A stretch of 64,000 nt of DNA from Lama guanicoe (Eukaryota): NCBI GenBank assembly GCA_013239625.1, contig MU053557.1:565063-629062 (forward strand), read 5' to 3'. A program made the translations under genes and the position numbers. Positions 12,900 through 24,968 of the stretch are shown one piece after another (within the stretch, counting starts at the first letter, position 1; each line of letters begins with the position of its first letter). Below the pieces are notes generated by a model, which did not search any database, was not told the origin of the DNA, and worked only from the letters and a program-made list of their open reading frames with translations.

Positions 12900-13115
12900 A
12901 TGGCAACAAGTTATTGGGTGCTTACTGCGGAGATCTTGGGCTAAGAGCTTATACTCACCATCTCATTTAATCCTCACATCAACCCACGAGATACATTCTG
13001 TTATGATTCTTGTTTTCCAGAAGATAAAGCTGATACTCAGAGGTTAAATGATGTGTCCTATGTTACCCAGCTGCTAAATGGAAGAGACTAATTTTGACTC
13101 ATGAGTCTGTGTTCA
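12900..13115 (-). mobile_element. MIR SINE
   Basis: tctcatttaatcctcacatcaacc...ttttccagaagataaagctgatactcagaggttaaatga. Confidence 0.75.
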
Positions 13116-14228
13116 GCCTTCATAAACAGTGGAAAAACTTAGGGGTTGCCATCTGTTAGCACTTTGCTATTTACATTTAATGGGTTATCTAATTTATCTC
13201 TGAAGACAAGAAACAGAACTTGGACCTAGCCCATCCCACTGCAGAGTTCGTGCTAATTACCATTATCCTACTGTCCCCTTTGGGGTCCTTCTCCCCAAAA
13301 TTGTTTTCAGATTTGCTCAGGATGCCCCTCAGAGCTCAAGGAAGATGATTTATAGACAGCATAAACAATGATGTCTTTTCAGCCTCTGTCAAAATTTAAA
13401 TTACCTGAGAAGCCCAATGATTTTTGTTCATTTTACATATTGAGGTTCCATCTTAGATTTCACTTGAAAAGAAAAAGCAGAAACACAGAGCAAGACATTA
13501 CACCACAATTTAAATCAATGGCTTTCATCCTTCTCCCATGTTGACTGTGCCTACTGGCCTCTTAATCCTCTAGATGAAGCTGAATGCTTCCTTATTTTTG
13601 TTTGTTTGTTTGTTTACTTTGTATCCAGATATTTGGAGCATAATTAAGAATATTTCCTCCAAATCTGGCTTCCTTTCCTGAATGACTCAAAACCCTTAAA
13701 AGGAAAGCAACCAGAAAGCATACCTTTAAAGAATGACTAGACAAGAAAGTAATTGTCAAGTGGGGAATTAAATCATTATGCCAGGAAATAGGGTATCCTT
13801 GCTCTGCCTTTTAGCACACGTATGTTAGGCATTGGTTGCCTCACTATGAAAAGTTGGGCAAATCTCTTCTCTTGCTGAGCCTCTAAGACCTCTATGGTAA
13901 AATAGGTATAATAGTCACCTTTCAGATGCTGTGATGTTGAATGGGATAAAATGTGTCATGATATAAATTTGCAAGCTCAAATTTTGCTGTGCAAGCAAGC
14001 GAGTTTTGGATCAACTTACATTTTCTCCAAGTGTCTACCTAGCAGACTGGTATGAAATTCAAGTACCTCTATCTCTAGACATCTCCCTCATCTCCTTTCA
14101 CTGTCCAACACCTGTCAAAGCATCAAAGAGTCCTCCAGACACCTGCCCACCCAGGGGGCCAAGAAGGCATTCGCTGTCTCTGCAGGTCTGGCGACTCTGC
14201 TCAGTCTTGGCACTCTCGGGTCATAGAC

Positions 14229-14696
14229 CGTCAGAGAAATAAAATATTCCGATGCTTGTTAAAATGGTAAGGCAGACTTCGTTCAGGACTGTTGTCACAG
14301 GCTTCACAGTAGGGGAGAGAGCCTGGGCTCAACTCCAAACACGACACAGAACACTGGAGATTTATAGCCAAGCAGCTGAGTCAGGGAAGGGGGCGGTGGA
14401 TGGAAGGTCACTAAGACAGAAGCGTCAGTCTTGCCGAACTGACCTAACTGGATTCTTACTGAGGGCTGGCCGAGGTGCTGAGATACTGCAAGGATGACAG
14501 GGGGATGATGAATTGGGTCAAATGTTGAAGGTGATCAGATCTTAAAAGTGGGAGATTCTGGCTAAACTGACTCAGCAGGAGTCTTGCTAAAACTGGCCTC
14601 TGTAACAACAGAGACAGTAGCTCAAGTCTGGGCCTAGTTGAGCAAAGGGCTCAGAGGAGCTTGACTGAAGTTCGGTCAAGGAGAGAGTCTTTGTCA
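14229..14696 (-). mobile_element. MER31-like ERV1 solo LTR
   Basis: Reverse complement starts tgacaaagactctctccttgaccgaacttcagtcaagctcctctgagccc, matching the MER31 5' end as I recall it. Confidence 0.8.
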
Positions 14697-16399
14697 AGAT
14701 TCCTACACGGCATGAGTCCTGCGCCTGGGGCCCACCTTCCTATGTATCTTCGGAAGCCAACTCCGGAGGCCACCTGCACAGAAGGGGCCACAGTGCTGGA
14801 CTCGGAGCGAAACCTCTCCCTGGTGTGGAAGCGGGGAGGGTGGACAAGATTTTTAAGGAGTTGAGCCATTTACAAGAAACAAGAAGAGCCCTTCTTGCTT
14901 CTGGCCCTGTCTCCTGCGTAGAGAGAACACAAACTTGGCTAGCAATGGAAGGAGAGCTGGGAAATTACACACAATTACACATGAATTAGTACCTCAGTGA
15001 AACCCTCTGCCCCAGAGGAACAGTGCCTAGTTCTGGCCACACCCTACAGCCGGAACCCAAGGAGGGAGCCCCGATTTTCGCTCAGCTGTGGGCAGTCAAT
15101 CTCCCTGGTTACTAATTTTCACAACGCTGCTTTGTTTTGTGTAGGTACACAGCCTCTCTTCCAAGGAAAGCTTGTAGAGAAGTCCCATTTGTTTGGAAAG
15201 AAAGGATAAACAAAAGGACAGAATTTCTGCCCTGGTGAGCCACCTGCCCCCTCCTCACAGGAAGCCAGGGAGCTCCAGGCACCATATTTGGCAGCTGGCG
15301 CCCTCAGTCAGGGGCTGCGTTTCTACAGGACCTGCCGTGGTACAGAACACTTAGAGAATAATGCACACTTAATAAACATCAGCCACCTTATCTCGCTGGA
15401 TTTAAGATCTATCAGTGATAACATACGCCACTGTTTTGTGTATCATCAGCCAACAGAAAACAGTCAAACTACGACCCACTACGGATGATGAAACATACAT
15501 GTATTTCAGATGGGTTAAAAAGTGAAAAAAAGCAAGTGCTTTAGAATTGTTGGAATTTAGCAATGAGATGACTTTTTAAGCAGTGAAAGAAAATCCAACC
15601 CAAAGTAAGTTTAAGGGAAATTATCTAGACTTCTTGTTTTACTCGACATCCCCCTCCATGCTTTGATGATCAGATGACACCTTTTCCTTATGACCGTGTA
15701 GAAGGCAGATAAAGAGTGAAGTGAAAAGGGTACGTGAGACTGCAGAAAGTCTGAAAAATTAGTTTGGTAGAGGTAGGTGGTCCCGTTAAACTGCTGACTC
15801 CAACAATTCAAGGTAAAAACAATGGAATTATTTTAGCAAATTCTTCATAATATAGCTAATAAAACCCAAATAACTAGAGAACAAATGTAACTCTAGAAAA
15901 CTAACTATACACTGTGCATTTAATACCTATGGGAACCTATGTACATTTGAGGAGCAAAATAATTTGAGAATGGCTATTATAGAAGCCTCCTTTTTATAAA
16001 TTCATTTTGAAAACTGAAACATTGCCGCATGCATTACAAAGCTCCATTAAACACAGCCTGAAACTAATAGAAGTAGTTGCAAGTATTTTTTGTGCCATTC
16101 TGCTTTACAATCTGTTTAACATTTATCTCCACGATCTTAAACCATAACAATTTTTTTTTTCCCTTTAGAATCAGATTTAGGGACTATGGAAACCACACAA
16201 GGAAAAGAATACGGGTTAGGGCCAAAACTGATTCTCCCTGAGTGTCTACTACATCCATCATTTCCCACTGAGTGGTTCAGGGCACAAGGCACCCTGCTAA
16301 GGAATGGGGCTCAGTCAGAAGAGTGTCAGGAGCAGAAGTGGAGGCAGTGAAAAAGGCAGCTCAGAGTTCTGGTCGACCCACTACCTACAGCAACACGCC

Positions 16400-16823
16400 C
16401 TGGTCAGAATAAGCAAAGTCTGCTATTCAGAACTTGCTGTACCAAGGTAGCCAGCCCCCATCCCTCGTGTTTGGGAGACTCAGACAGGCAGAGGAGTGGG
16501 GAAACTTTATAGGGAAAAAAAAAAAAGAGAAAGCTAAGGCATGCCTTGACTGGCACTGTTGGCGTGGGAAAGCTGCAGACAGGCTACGTAATGGTTGGGG
16601 GAGCATATTTGGCTTCCTCTGGTTGGTCCCACATTGGAAATGGACAAAAATCGGGGAAGCTGTCAGTCACTGACCTAGTCCTGATCTCCTGGGGCTGACT
16701 GCTAGAGGGGTTATTGTTCGGCTGCCAGGACTGGTTGTTACAGGCAGCGCTGACTGCTGCGGACTGCAGGTCAGAGTTCTATGTGGAGCCTGACCACTGT
16801 CCATTTTTATATTCAGTCTCTCA
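16400..16823 (-). mobile_element. MER67-like ERV1 solo LTR
   Basis: Reverse complement starts tgagagactgaatataaaaatggacagtgg and contains atagaactctgacctgcag and ggaccaaccagaggaagccaaatatgctccc. Confidence 0.7.
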
Positions 16824-17109
16824 GCGGGTAGCCTGACGGCCCGATAGACTAAATCATCCTGCCTACAACTTGAATTTTTAACATTTTAAGTTTTTCAAAA
16901 TTAATAAAGCCATTCATTCTCCTTAAAGCCAATTCGAATTACACATAGGTAAAAACAACACGGAAAAAGAAAAGAAAAGAGCATTTTCCCACTATTGTAT
17001 TCTCCAGAAATCTCTCTGGAGAGAGCAGGGGGACTAACCTATGGCTTTTATAAGCAAAATATCCACTTGTCTGAACATGGCATGAGACAAGTGGAGAAAA
17101 AGTCTGGCT

Positions 17110-17640
17110 ATCAGCCAATATTCTCGGTTGGAAGCAACAGAAGCCAACCCGGGCAGAAAGTCTGTTTACTCACAGGGTGTTTACAGGGCGGCTCGCAGGA
17201 CCACTGACAGGGCTAGAGGTCTAGACTTGGAGACAATCTTTCAGAAGCAGCTTACAAGCTGCACAGCAGAGCCGGTCCGACCGGAAAGCGCAGCCACTGC
17301 GCTTGAGCCCCGGAGGCTGGAGTCGCCATCTCACTGACCCAGTGCACCTGCGTCTCCCTGCAGCGCCAACGCCACCTCTGGGCCAGGCAGCGGGCTTTGC
17401 AGCCTCAGCCCCAACCTGTGCCAGAGATAAAATGGATTCTGCTTGGCCTCTGCCTCCTCACCATTGATGTTTCTGATCCAAAGCCTCGCCATGAGTCTGT
17501 CTGACTTGTTGGTCCTGTGTCAGATAAGCCATGAGAGAGGGAAGAAAGGCGAGTTTTCTACTTTGGAGAGGCAGGAATTTCCACAGAGAGGGTGAGTGTT
17601 CAAAGAGCATGGAAAAGTCACAAAAACAGAATACATGCCC
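17110..17640 (-). mobile_element. Old MLT1 (J/K-like) LTR
   Basis: ggttggaagcaacagaagccaacc at the antisense 3' end; gagtctgtctgacttg internal motif. Confidence 0.55.
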
Positions 17641-18319
17641 ACTACTGAGCAGGACCCAACACCCCTGACCCTCTAGCTACACTGTGGGGAGCTTCAGGCT
17701 GAAAAAGACATTGTACCGGTCCTTTCGCGGCTCTGAGATGCTTGAAGGTGACATCTGGCCATCCTTTCAAGAAGCATGTGATTATTCTTGCATAGAAGGC
17801 TTTGCCTTAAGCCATGGATAATCTCAGTGGTTGGGGAAATAAACTCAAAAGCTTTGATGCCCTTCTTTCTCTGTTCCAGATTTAGTTTCTCTGGGTTTAA
17901 GTACAACTGAAATGCATCAGATACCAGATGTTTAAGACTCCAGTATAAATTTCTCTCTGTGTCATGTACTATATATTTTGATTTTCTTGCTTTTATTTTT
18001 CTCTTGAAATTTATTTTCCACACCCATTTTTTTCTCTTGCTGCATGATATACATCCTCTTTGGGATATTTCAAATCCTTTTTGGAATAAGAAATTGCTAT
18101 GGAATAAACAAACAAAGACACAATCTGATTCAGCTCCAAACTCCCTTTCTCAAACATGGCTTGAAACTTCAGTGCGTTCTAATGACATGCAGAAGTTTCT
18201 AGATACCCCAGATATCTCAGCTGTATCTGTGGATGATCTGATCATTCTCATCATGCCTCGGGGCTGGTGTTTTTTAACCAAACTCTTAATTTTATCTTCC
18301 CCAGTTGGGAAGGTAGTGA

Positions 18320-18520
18320 CACTGACTGCCAATTATGGAAAACATCACTCCAGGTACTGTGCTAAGCACTTCACGGAGATTATCTTATTTAATTTTCACA
18401 GCAATCCTAAGGAATAGGTACTATGAATATGCCTACTTTGTTAGTGAGGCCATCAAGAAAGGTGAAGTAACTTCTCCATACGTTCAGAGGTGTTAAGTGG
18501 AAGCGTGGTGCTTAATCAGT
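18320..18520 (-). mobile_element. MIR SINE
   Basis: ccaggtactgtgctaagcacttcacggagattatcttatttaattttcacagcaatcctaaggaataggtact. Confidence 0.8.
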
Positions 18521-19180
18521 TTCAATAACTGACAATCACAGCAGAACCGCCACGATGAGCCAGCCAGTGGGAGGGGAGGGAGTGGAAGGATCAGGGCCTG
18601 TGGCCTTTCTGTACATCTGAGCAACTCTTCAGCTGCATGGGAACTTCGTACAGTGTTCAGATACATGGCTCTCCTTGTTCTTTGGAGTCGCAACATTGCT
18701 TCAAATTGTAAAGGGACGTGCTTTGCTGTTCCAAGGGAATCTGAAAGGAAACCCTCACCCTCATCCAGAAGACAGTGTGACTTACACTGTCCCAGACATG
18801 AGTGGGATGACCACATACCATGCCTGTGCCCACATGGGCAAGGAGCCTAGAAAGTGTCAAGGCTGAGGGGGCAACTCTGAGCCCTCCTTCTGACAACCTA
18901 AACCTTGACTTCTCACGTGGCTACGCATTGCCAGCAAGATCCATACCGAGGAGCGTTTTAGGTATCAGACCTGTGAAATCAAAGGGACTCCAAGGGTCAT
19001 CAACCCCAGGCTCTTTATTTTGAAACTCCACTTAGAAAACTACTTTTAGGGTACTCACTGCTCTCCTGACCTCTGGTTAGGACAGCAGAGCCAGATTCTA
19101 TCTCATGTATTTCTCTCTCTCTCTCTCTTTCTTTTTTTCTTTGAATATGTGATGATGTGAGTTTAAGTCTTTGGAATTTT

Positions 19181-19224
19181 TTTTAACATTTTTTATTGAT
19201 TTATAATCATTTTACAATGTTGTG
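19181..19224 (-). mobile_element. 44-bp extreme 3' end of a camelid-type L1 with 18-bp TSD
   Basis: ttttaacattttttattgatttataatcattttacaatgttgtg flanked by identical ttaagtctttggaatttt at 19163-19180 and 19225-19242. Confidence 0.85.
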
Positions 19225-19334
19225 TTAAGTCTTTGGAATTTTATCTGTGGGAAATGTTGGAGACCAAGATGGAAGGTGAGTTTCTCTAGATATGACTGCC
19301 ATTTGCTTCTTCCAGGCACCTACCTAGGGCCATT

Positions 19335-19440
19335 AAAAAAAAAAAACAACACTTTTTTTTTTAACAGAGGTACTGGGGGTTGAACCCAGGACATCGTACA
19401 TGCTAAGAATGTGCTCTACCACTGAAGTATACCCTCCCCT
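19335..19440 (-). mobile_element. tRNA-derived SINE (Vic-1-like, camelid)
   Basis: Reverse complement ggggagggtatacttcagtggtagagcacattcttagcatgtacgatgtcctgggttcaacccccagtacctc plus A-rich tail; A and B boxes present; TSD ctacctagg(g/a)ccatt at 19320-19334 and 19441-19455. Confidence 0.85.
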
Positions 19441-19939
19441 CTACCTAGGACCATTTTAAACAAACTTCTGGGCTTGAGGTTTTCGGGGGACACAAAGACA
19501 CTGTAAATGCCAACCCCAAGTTTATTTGAGGCCACGGTTAATATTATGAATCCTCAAGAGAGATCATTAACCATCTTCCTTCCCCAACCCGAAGCCAAGA
19601 CTATCTTGGTTCGTGGGGTTTTGTCTTTCCTAGTTCAGCCACTAAGGTTAATATTTTGGAGGAGTCCCTGTTTTATGAGAGTGACTTCCCACCTCATGCA
19701 AGATTTAAGCTTTGCCTTCTGTCTCCTATGTCAAGCCAATGGAAACCAAAGCTCTAGGCAGTGGAGACGAATGCGTACCTTCCGGAGAGATCCCAGCCAT
19801 CAGTTGGGTTACTTGCCTGGAACTGTGCTTTTCATCAATTTTGTTAAAAATATGTTTTTATGTTTCATTCAGCCTTTTTTGACTTGTACCTGGAGGTTGA
19901 TTTGGAGGAAATCTAGTCTGCCATAACATAGGAAACATC

Positions 19940-20438
19940 TGTATCACCAGGCTTTATTTTAAAATACAGGTTTTATTACTGTCACTGGAAAGAGAGTTTG
20001 TTATACTCATTGACCCAAGAGGAGGGGGTACCCCATGCCATGGAGGGGGGAGTGCTAAGTTTGCTCAGAAGGGAAAGGAAGGGGAATATTGTGCCAAGAG
20101 CCTTTATTGGGGTTTCTTCGGGGAGTAATTGGTGAGGCAGAGTAAGTAGGTTTAGGACAGGCTAGTTTGAATAATTTAGCAGGCTCTGGAGGATGGGGGG
20201 TGTTCCTAGTTGACTGGTACAGGCACAGACCCTGGGATAAGGCAGGGGAACAGGGGCCTGGAGTGGAAGAGCTCATTAAAGCTCTCTGGATTGGCTGGTT
20301 TGCATAGAAATGGCACATTCACGGTCCCTTGCTGTCTGCAGGAATTAGCTGGTCCTGGGAGAGGCAGTCCCTCCAGGGTCACCAAGGCTCTAAGATGTCA
20401 AAGCATCAAAAATACAGAATGAAAAGACATGATAAACA
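19940..20438 (-). mobile_element. MER74/MER73-like ERVL solo LTR
   Basis: Reverse complement starts tgtttatcatgtcttttcattctgtatttttgatgctttgacatctt...ccctggagggactgcctctcccagg. Confidence 0.75.
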
Positions 20439-20787
20439 AGGCTAAAAAATGCATTGGCAAATAAAATGTCATATATTTTTTAAACACTAGTTATTTGTTT
20501 TCATTTCCATTTCACCTTCTGGATAGAAAGCTACCTTACATTACATTTCCATATATACATATATTTCCTGAGAACTTGAGCTTCATCCACACTCAAGTTA
20601 TTGAATATTATTTGAGTGTAGATTCCACCTTCATTGGAATCAGGAGCCACAATTTTAAGAAACCATTAACCTTGGGATCGTAAAAACATTGATAAATCAA
20701 ATACACTGCCTATTTCCAAGTATCTTAGTTTATTGCTTTCCTGTATGTTTTTTTTTCCCATTAATCTCTCCTGTCCCCTCTCACCAT

Positions 20788-20791
<4 letters not shown>

Positions 20792-20821
<30 letters not shown>

Positions 20822-20862
20822 TATTTTTTTTTTCCCCATTGGTCTCCATTAAACATTTTATT
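20792..20862 (-). mobile_element. Micro-retroinsertion: AATAAA + 23 nt + poly(A), 16-bp TSD
   Basis: Minus strand aataaaatgtttaatggagaccaatgggg(A)n; ccctctcaccattctt at 20776-20791 and 20863-20878. Confidence 0.85.
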
Positions 20863-22399
20863 CCCTCTCACCATTCTTAAAAGACTCAAATTTAAAATTA
20901 AAAAAATGAAGTCAGAATTAAGACGTCTAATAACATATGGTCTTTGTTGGGAATTTATTTGTAGGTACAGGTGATTGTAACTTCAAAGGATTCACAGAGT
21001 GGAACAAACCAAATCCTTGGTTTTCTACTTCAATCAAATGACAACTGCTTTTGATTAAGAAGCTGAGGAAGTTACCTAACATATTCCCATCACATGTCAG
21101 ATTTCCCTTCAATTGCATTTTTCCACAGCCATGTTTTTTGAAAAGCATTTTTGGAAGGCGTGTTCCTTCTCATGTCTAGATTTGATCCATGCTGAGGATA
21201 AAAGCAGTTTTCTCTGCAATCCCACTGGTTTTGCAAGTCATTGTGCCAAATTCTCTGACAACATTCAAGCAATCATTACCCAGATTTACATGTGGTCTAA
21301 GTGTGAGTCCTATTTGGGGAAGACTGTCCCAGAAAGGATGGAGACAATGCTTGTAAATCAATATACAGAGAGGTATACCTTTAGAACTGACAAATCAAGA
21401 CCACCCCCCCCCATCTTTGCCCAAGGGCTTATTCCTAGTATTTAGCAATTTAGCACAAAATCCAGGACTGTCCATGTTGTTGAAGTACCCTCTCCCTGCA
21501 GTGACCCAGTGTCTCTTCGAAGTTACGAACTTTAAAGTGGGTAAGAGTGAGGCTGGACTTCGTGTATGTGATAAATTCTTGGCACCTGAGGCTTTAAATC
21601 ATTTGTACCTGATGCCACCAATCAGCTCCTTTTCCATCTGCAAATGAGTATTTCCCAGAGCGGAGAACACCATAAAAATCCACTATTCTTTAGGAAAACA
21701 GGCGCTCCCTGTTTCTTTGTTTAAGGCGATACAGAGAAATGAGTGTTTAGAGTGGCTCTAACTGCTCTCTGGCAGTTTCATTACATGCACCCTGCGACAA
21801 GAGGGAAGCCTTCAGCCAAATGACCTCAGAGACCAGATATTCAGGGAAGGCTATTTAGACACATACAGTTGAAACATCTTCTGAACAAAAGCCAAGGGAT
21901 ATTTTCTTATTTTACCCCTTCCAGTAAAGACTTGGATGAATATGCTACAAGATGCCATGGGAAATGGAAGTAATCAAATGACTTTCCTCGGATCTGTCTA
22001 GGCGTATCCAGAGTAGAGGGGCAGGGATCATTTTTAAGCAGGAGAAAGCGTAGTTTGAACTGTGATAAATTTAGGAACCCCAGAAGTCTTCCCAAAATAT
22101 TTTTTTTGAGATTTTCAGGTAGTTTTCATTGTTCTTATTTGTTGAATGCTAGTTTTTCTTTTAAAAAAATCCCCTGATAACATAAATATGCTATAATTTT
22201 GTGCAGAAAACAGCCCCTAAGCTTTTTGTACTGTGCTCCTTATTGGTAAAAACTTACTGGACATTTATCTTTAATATATGAATCCATTTATACCTTTTCT
22301 GAATAAACTACTATTATTATATTGCTATCATTATAAAACTTTAAAAACTTGAAAACTTCAAAGAATGAGACAAAGTTTTTAAATACCCAGTATTTTAAA

Positions 22400-23610
22400 A
22401 TCTCCCTAACTGTGATGGTTTCACACTTTTATTACCAACTCGTCAAAGTCTAAATATATCAAAGTAACAATAAAGCATTTTGACACTCATTTTGTATATT
22501 ATAAAAGCATGGACATTCACTTAGGCATATTCTTTATTTCCGTGTTCCAAATTTACAATATAAAAAGTCACTAAAGCTAATTATTCACCATATTGCAAAC
22601 ATACAAAAATATAAATATATTAAAAAGCAACAAGTTAAAGCAATTTTATGAAAAGTCAAAGAAATGTACATCATTCAAACAAAAATTTCCAGATAAATTA
22701 AAGCATTATTCAAAAATAACCCAAATATTAACTATAAACCAACACAATATAAACTAATGATCACTGAGAATGGAATGTATTTGGTTTTTTAGAATGTAAT
22801 CCTGAAGTGTTATAACTGTTAGCACAAATTTGTTTCAGCTTCTGGAAAAAATTTATGATTCTAGTTGAGAAATGCTGAAGATAGAGATATAAGCTAACGC
22901 TAAACATTTCCCTTTGACTCCTTCCTCTTCAACTATTTATTCCCTCTGCTGTTTCGTTATCTTGAGAACATATTATTTTCAAGAACTGTAATTTTTTAAA
23001 TGATGGTAAATGATACTTGCTGTGTTACAAACAGCATTACTGATTCCTCTTGATCTAGTTTCATCACATGTACCCTGAGATTCCAGTGGAGATTAGGTTG
23101 CCTGTATCAGTTTCAGTCCTGTCATTTTTCACTAGTCTTTGAATTAGAAAAAGAATTACTCTTTCAATAGAAATTTGCCTTTCTTCCCCATCTTGAGGGT
23201 TTTGAAGATATTGAAGAACATTTCCTAAGCAGCTGTATCTTCATTTGATTTGAAATTTTAATGCAGCTTTTAACTCTCCAGGGATATCTTAAGATAGAAA
23301 TAATTCAGATTTTATATTTTTAATATAAAAATGATTATACTGGGCCACCCAATACTGATGCTTCAACACTGGAGAAAAGCATTGTATATCAGAAATACGA
23401 GAACACCAAAAACTTGTGTGACAATGCACTTAAGGAAAAATTCACCATTAATGCCAGTGAAATGTGTATCTGTGTAGGTGGCTTTATCAATGGCATTCAA
23501 TCATCACTGAAAGTGGCTATAAAATGGTTCAGATCAAGAGGAGAACTGAGAGATGTAGATTTCTTATTTTTGCTTAGACTTTTCATAATATCTTTAATTC
23601 AGGGATTTTT
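22400..23610 (-). pseudogene. Possible decayed processed pseudogene (parent not identified)
   Basis: Minus strand has stop/frameshift-broken coding-like stretches (e.g. LQYLQNPQDGEERQISIE; HLPSFKKLQFLKIICSQDNE), then a U-rich 3'UTR-like tract with AATAAA at about 22533 and 22428; no repeat consensus recognised; no poly(A) tail or TSD seen. Confidence 0.3.
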
Positions 23611-23611
23611 T

Positions 23612-24456
23612 AAATTTTTTCCTCCAGTTTCATTGAACTATAACTGACATACAGCACTTAGAAGTTTAAGGTTCACAACATAACAATTTGATTTACATAA
23701 ATCATGAAATGATCGTCACAATAATTTCAGTGAACATCTATCATCTAATATGCACATGAAATTTTTAAAAATAGAAAAAATATTTTCTTGTGCTGACAAC
23801 TCTTAGAATTTACTTTCTTAACAACTTCCATATATGACACACATATCAGTGTCAATTATATTTATCATGTGGTACATTACATCCCTAATACTTGTTTATC
23901 TTATAACTGGAGATGTGTTCCTTTTGACTGCCTTCATCCAAATCCTCTACTACTCCTGCCTCTGGTAACCACAAATCTAATCTCTTTTTTGAAAAGTTTA
24001 TTTTTGAAGTAGAATTGACCTACAGTGCTACGTTAGTTCCAGTTATACAACATAGTAATTTGATATTTCTATACATTTCAAAATAATCATAATAAGTCTC
24101 ATTATGATCTGTCACCATACTAAGATACTATGTTCATATTTTCTATTTATCCCTGGTTCAGTCTTGGGAGATCATACATTTCTAGGAATTTGTCTGTTTC
24201 TTCTAGGTTGTCCATTTTATTGGTGCATAACTGTTTGTAGTAACTCTTACGACCCTTTGTGTTTCTGTGCTGTCAGTTTAACATCTCCATTTCCATTTCT
24301 GATTTTATTAATTTGGGCCCTCCTTTTTTCTGGGTGAGTCTGGCTAAAGGTTTATCAATTTTGGTTATCTTTTCAAAGAACCAGCTCTTTGTTTCATTGA
24401 TCTATTCTGCTGTTTTCTTAGACTCTATTTTATTTGTTTCTACTCTGTATTTATGA
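23612..24456 (-). mobile_element. Laurasiatherian L1: 3'UTR (to about 24130) joined to an ORF2 N-terminal-half fragment
   Basis: tttcattgaactataactgacatacagcact antisense 3' end; the 24130-24456 reverse complement encodes [22 protein letters not shown]. Confidence 0.85.
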
Positions 24457-24611
24457 CCCCAATCTCACTGGTTGCCAGGCTCTGCCTTGTGTGAGGGATT
24501 CTCTGTAGTAAGAATCTCTCTGAGCCAGCTTTCTATTTTGTGAGGGATAGTTTAGATAAAGCCGGATAACATAATCTCAGATTCACCAATTGTGAAAACT
24601 GAAAGCCAATG

Positions 24612-24968
24612 CATTGAGAATGTTGTTTATGTGTTCCTAAAATTCATATGTTGAAGCCCTAACCCACCAATGTAATGGTGTTTGGACGTGGAACCTATGA
24701 GCGGTAATCAATTTCAGATAAAGTCATAAGTTAGTGTCCCTATAACAAAAGGAAGAGAGAGCACAGCTCCCTTTCTCTCTTTACCACGTGAGGCATACAC
24801 TGAGAAGGTGGCTAGCTGTCTGCAAGCCAGGAATTAGGCCTCCATCAGAACCCAACCATCCGACACCCTGACATCAGACTTCCAGTCTCCAGAACTGTGG
24901 GAAATCAGTTCCTGCTGTGTAAGCCACCCACTGTAAGGAATTTTGTTACGGCCGCCTGAGCTGACTAC
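24612..24968 (+). mobile_element. MLT1A-like MaLR solo LTR
   Basis: aaattcatatgttgaagccctaaccc...gacttccagtctccagaactgtg...taagccaccca...ttttgttac. Confidence 0.85.

Noticed and set aside
13036..13047. 12-bp palindrome gactcatgagtc (AP-1-like)
   Set aside because: Actual location is about 13096-13107 at the end of a MIR; a single short palindrome is expected by chance in 64 kb
19365..19440. tRNA-Ala gene on the minus strand
   Set aside because: A-rich tail, TSDs and poorly pairing stems identify it as a tRNA-derived SINE
21502..21546. 39-nt + strand micro-exon (ctgcag ... gg|gtaaga)
   Set aside because: Such site pairs are common by chance; no recognisable peptide or partner exons
22850..23600. 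Naming the parent of the putative pseudogene (short resemblances to PRIMPOL and BBS10 came to mind)
   Set aside because: Similarities were a few residues long and not collinear; a database search is needed
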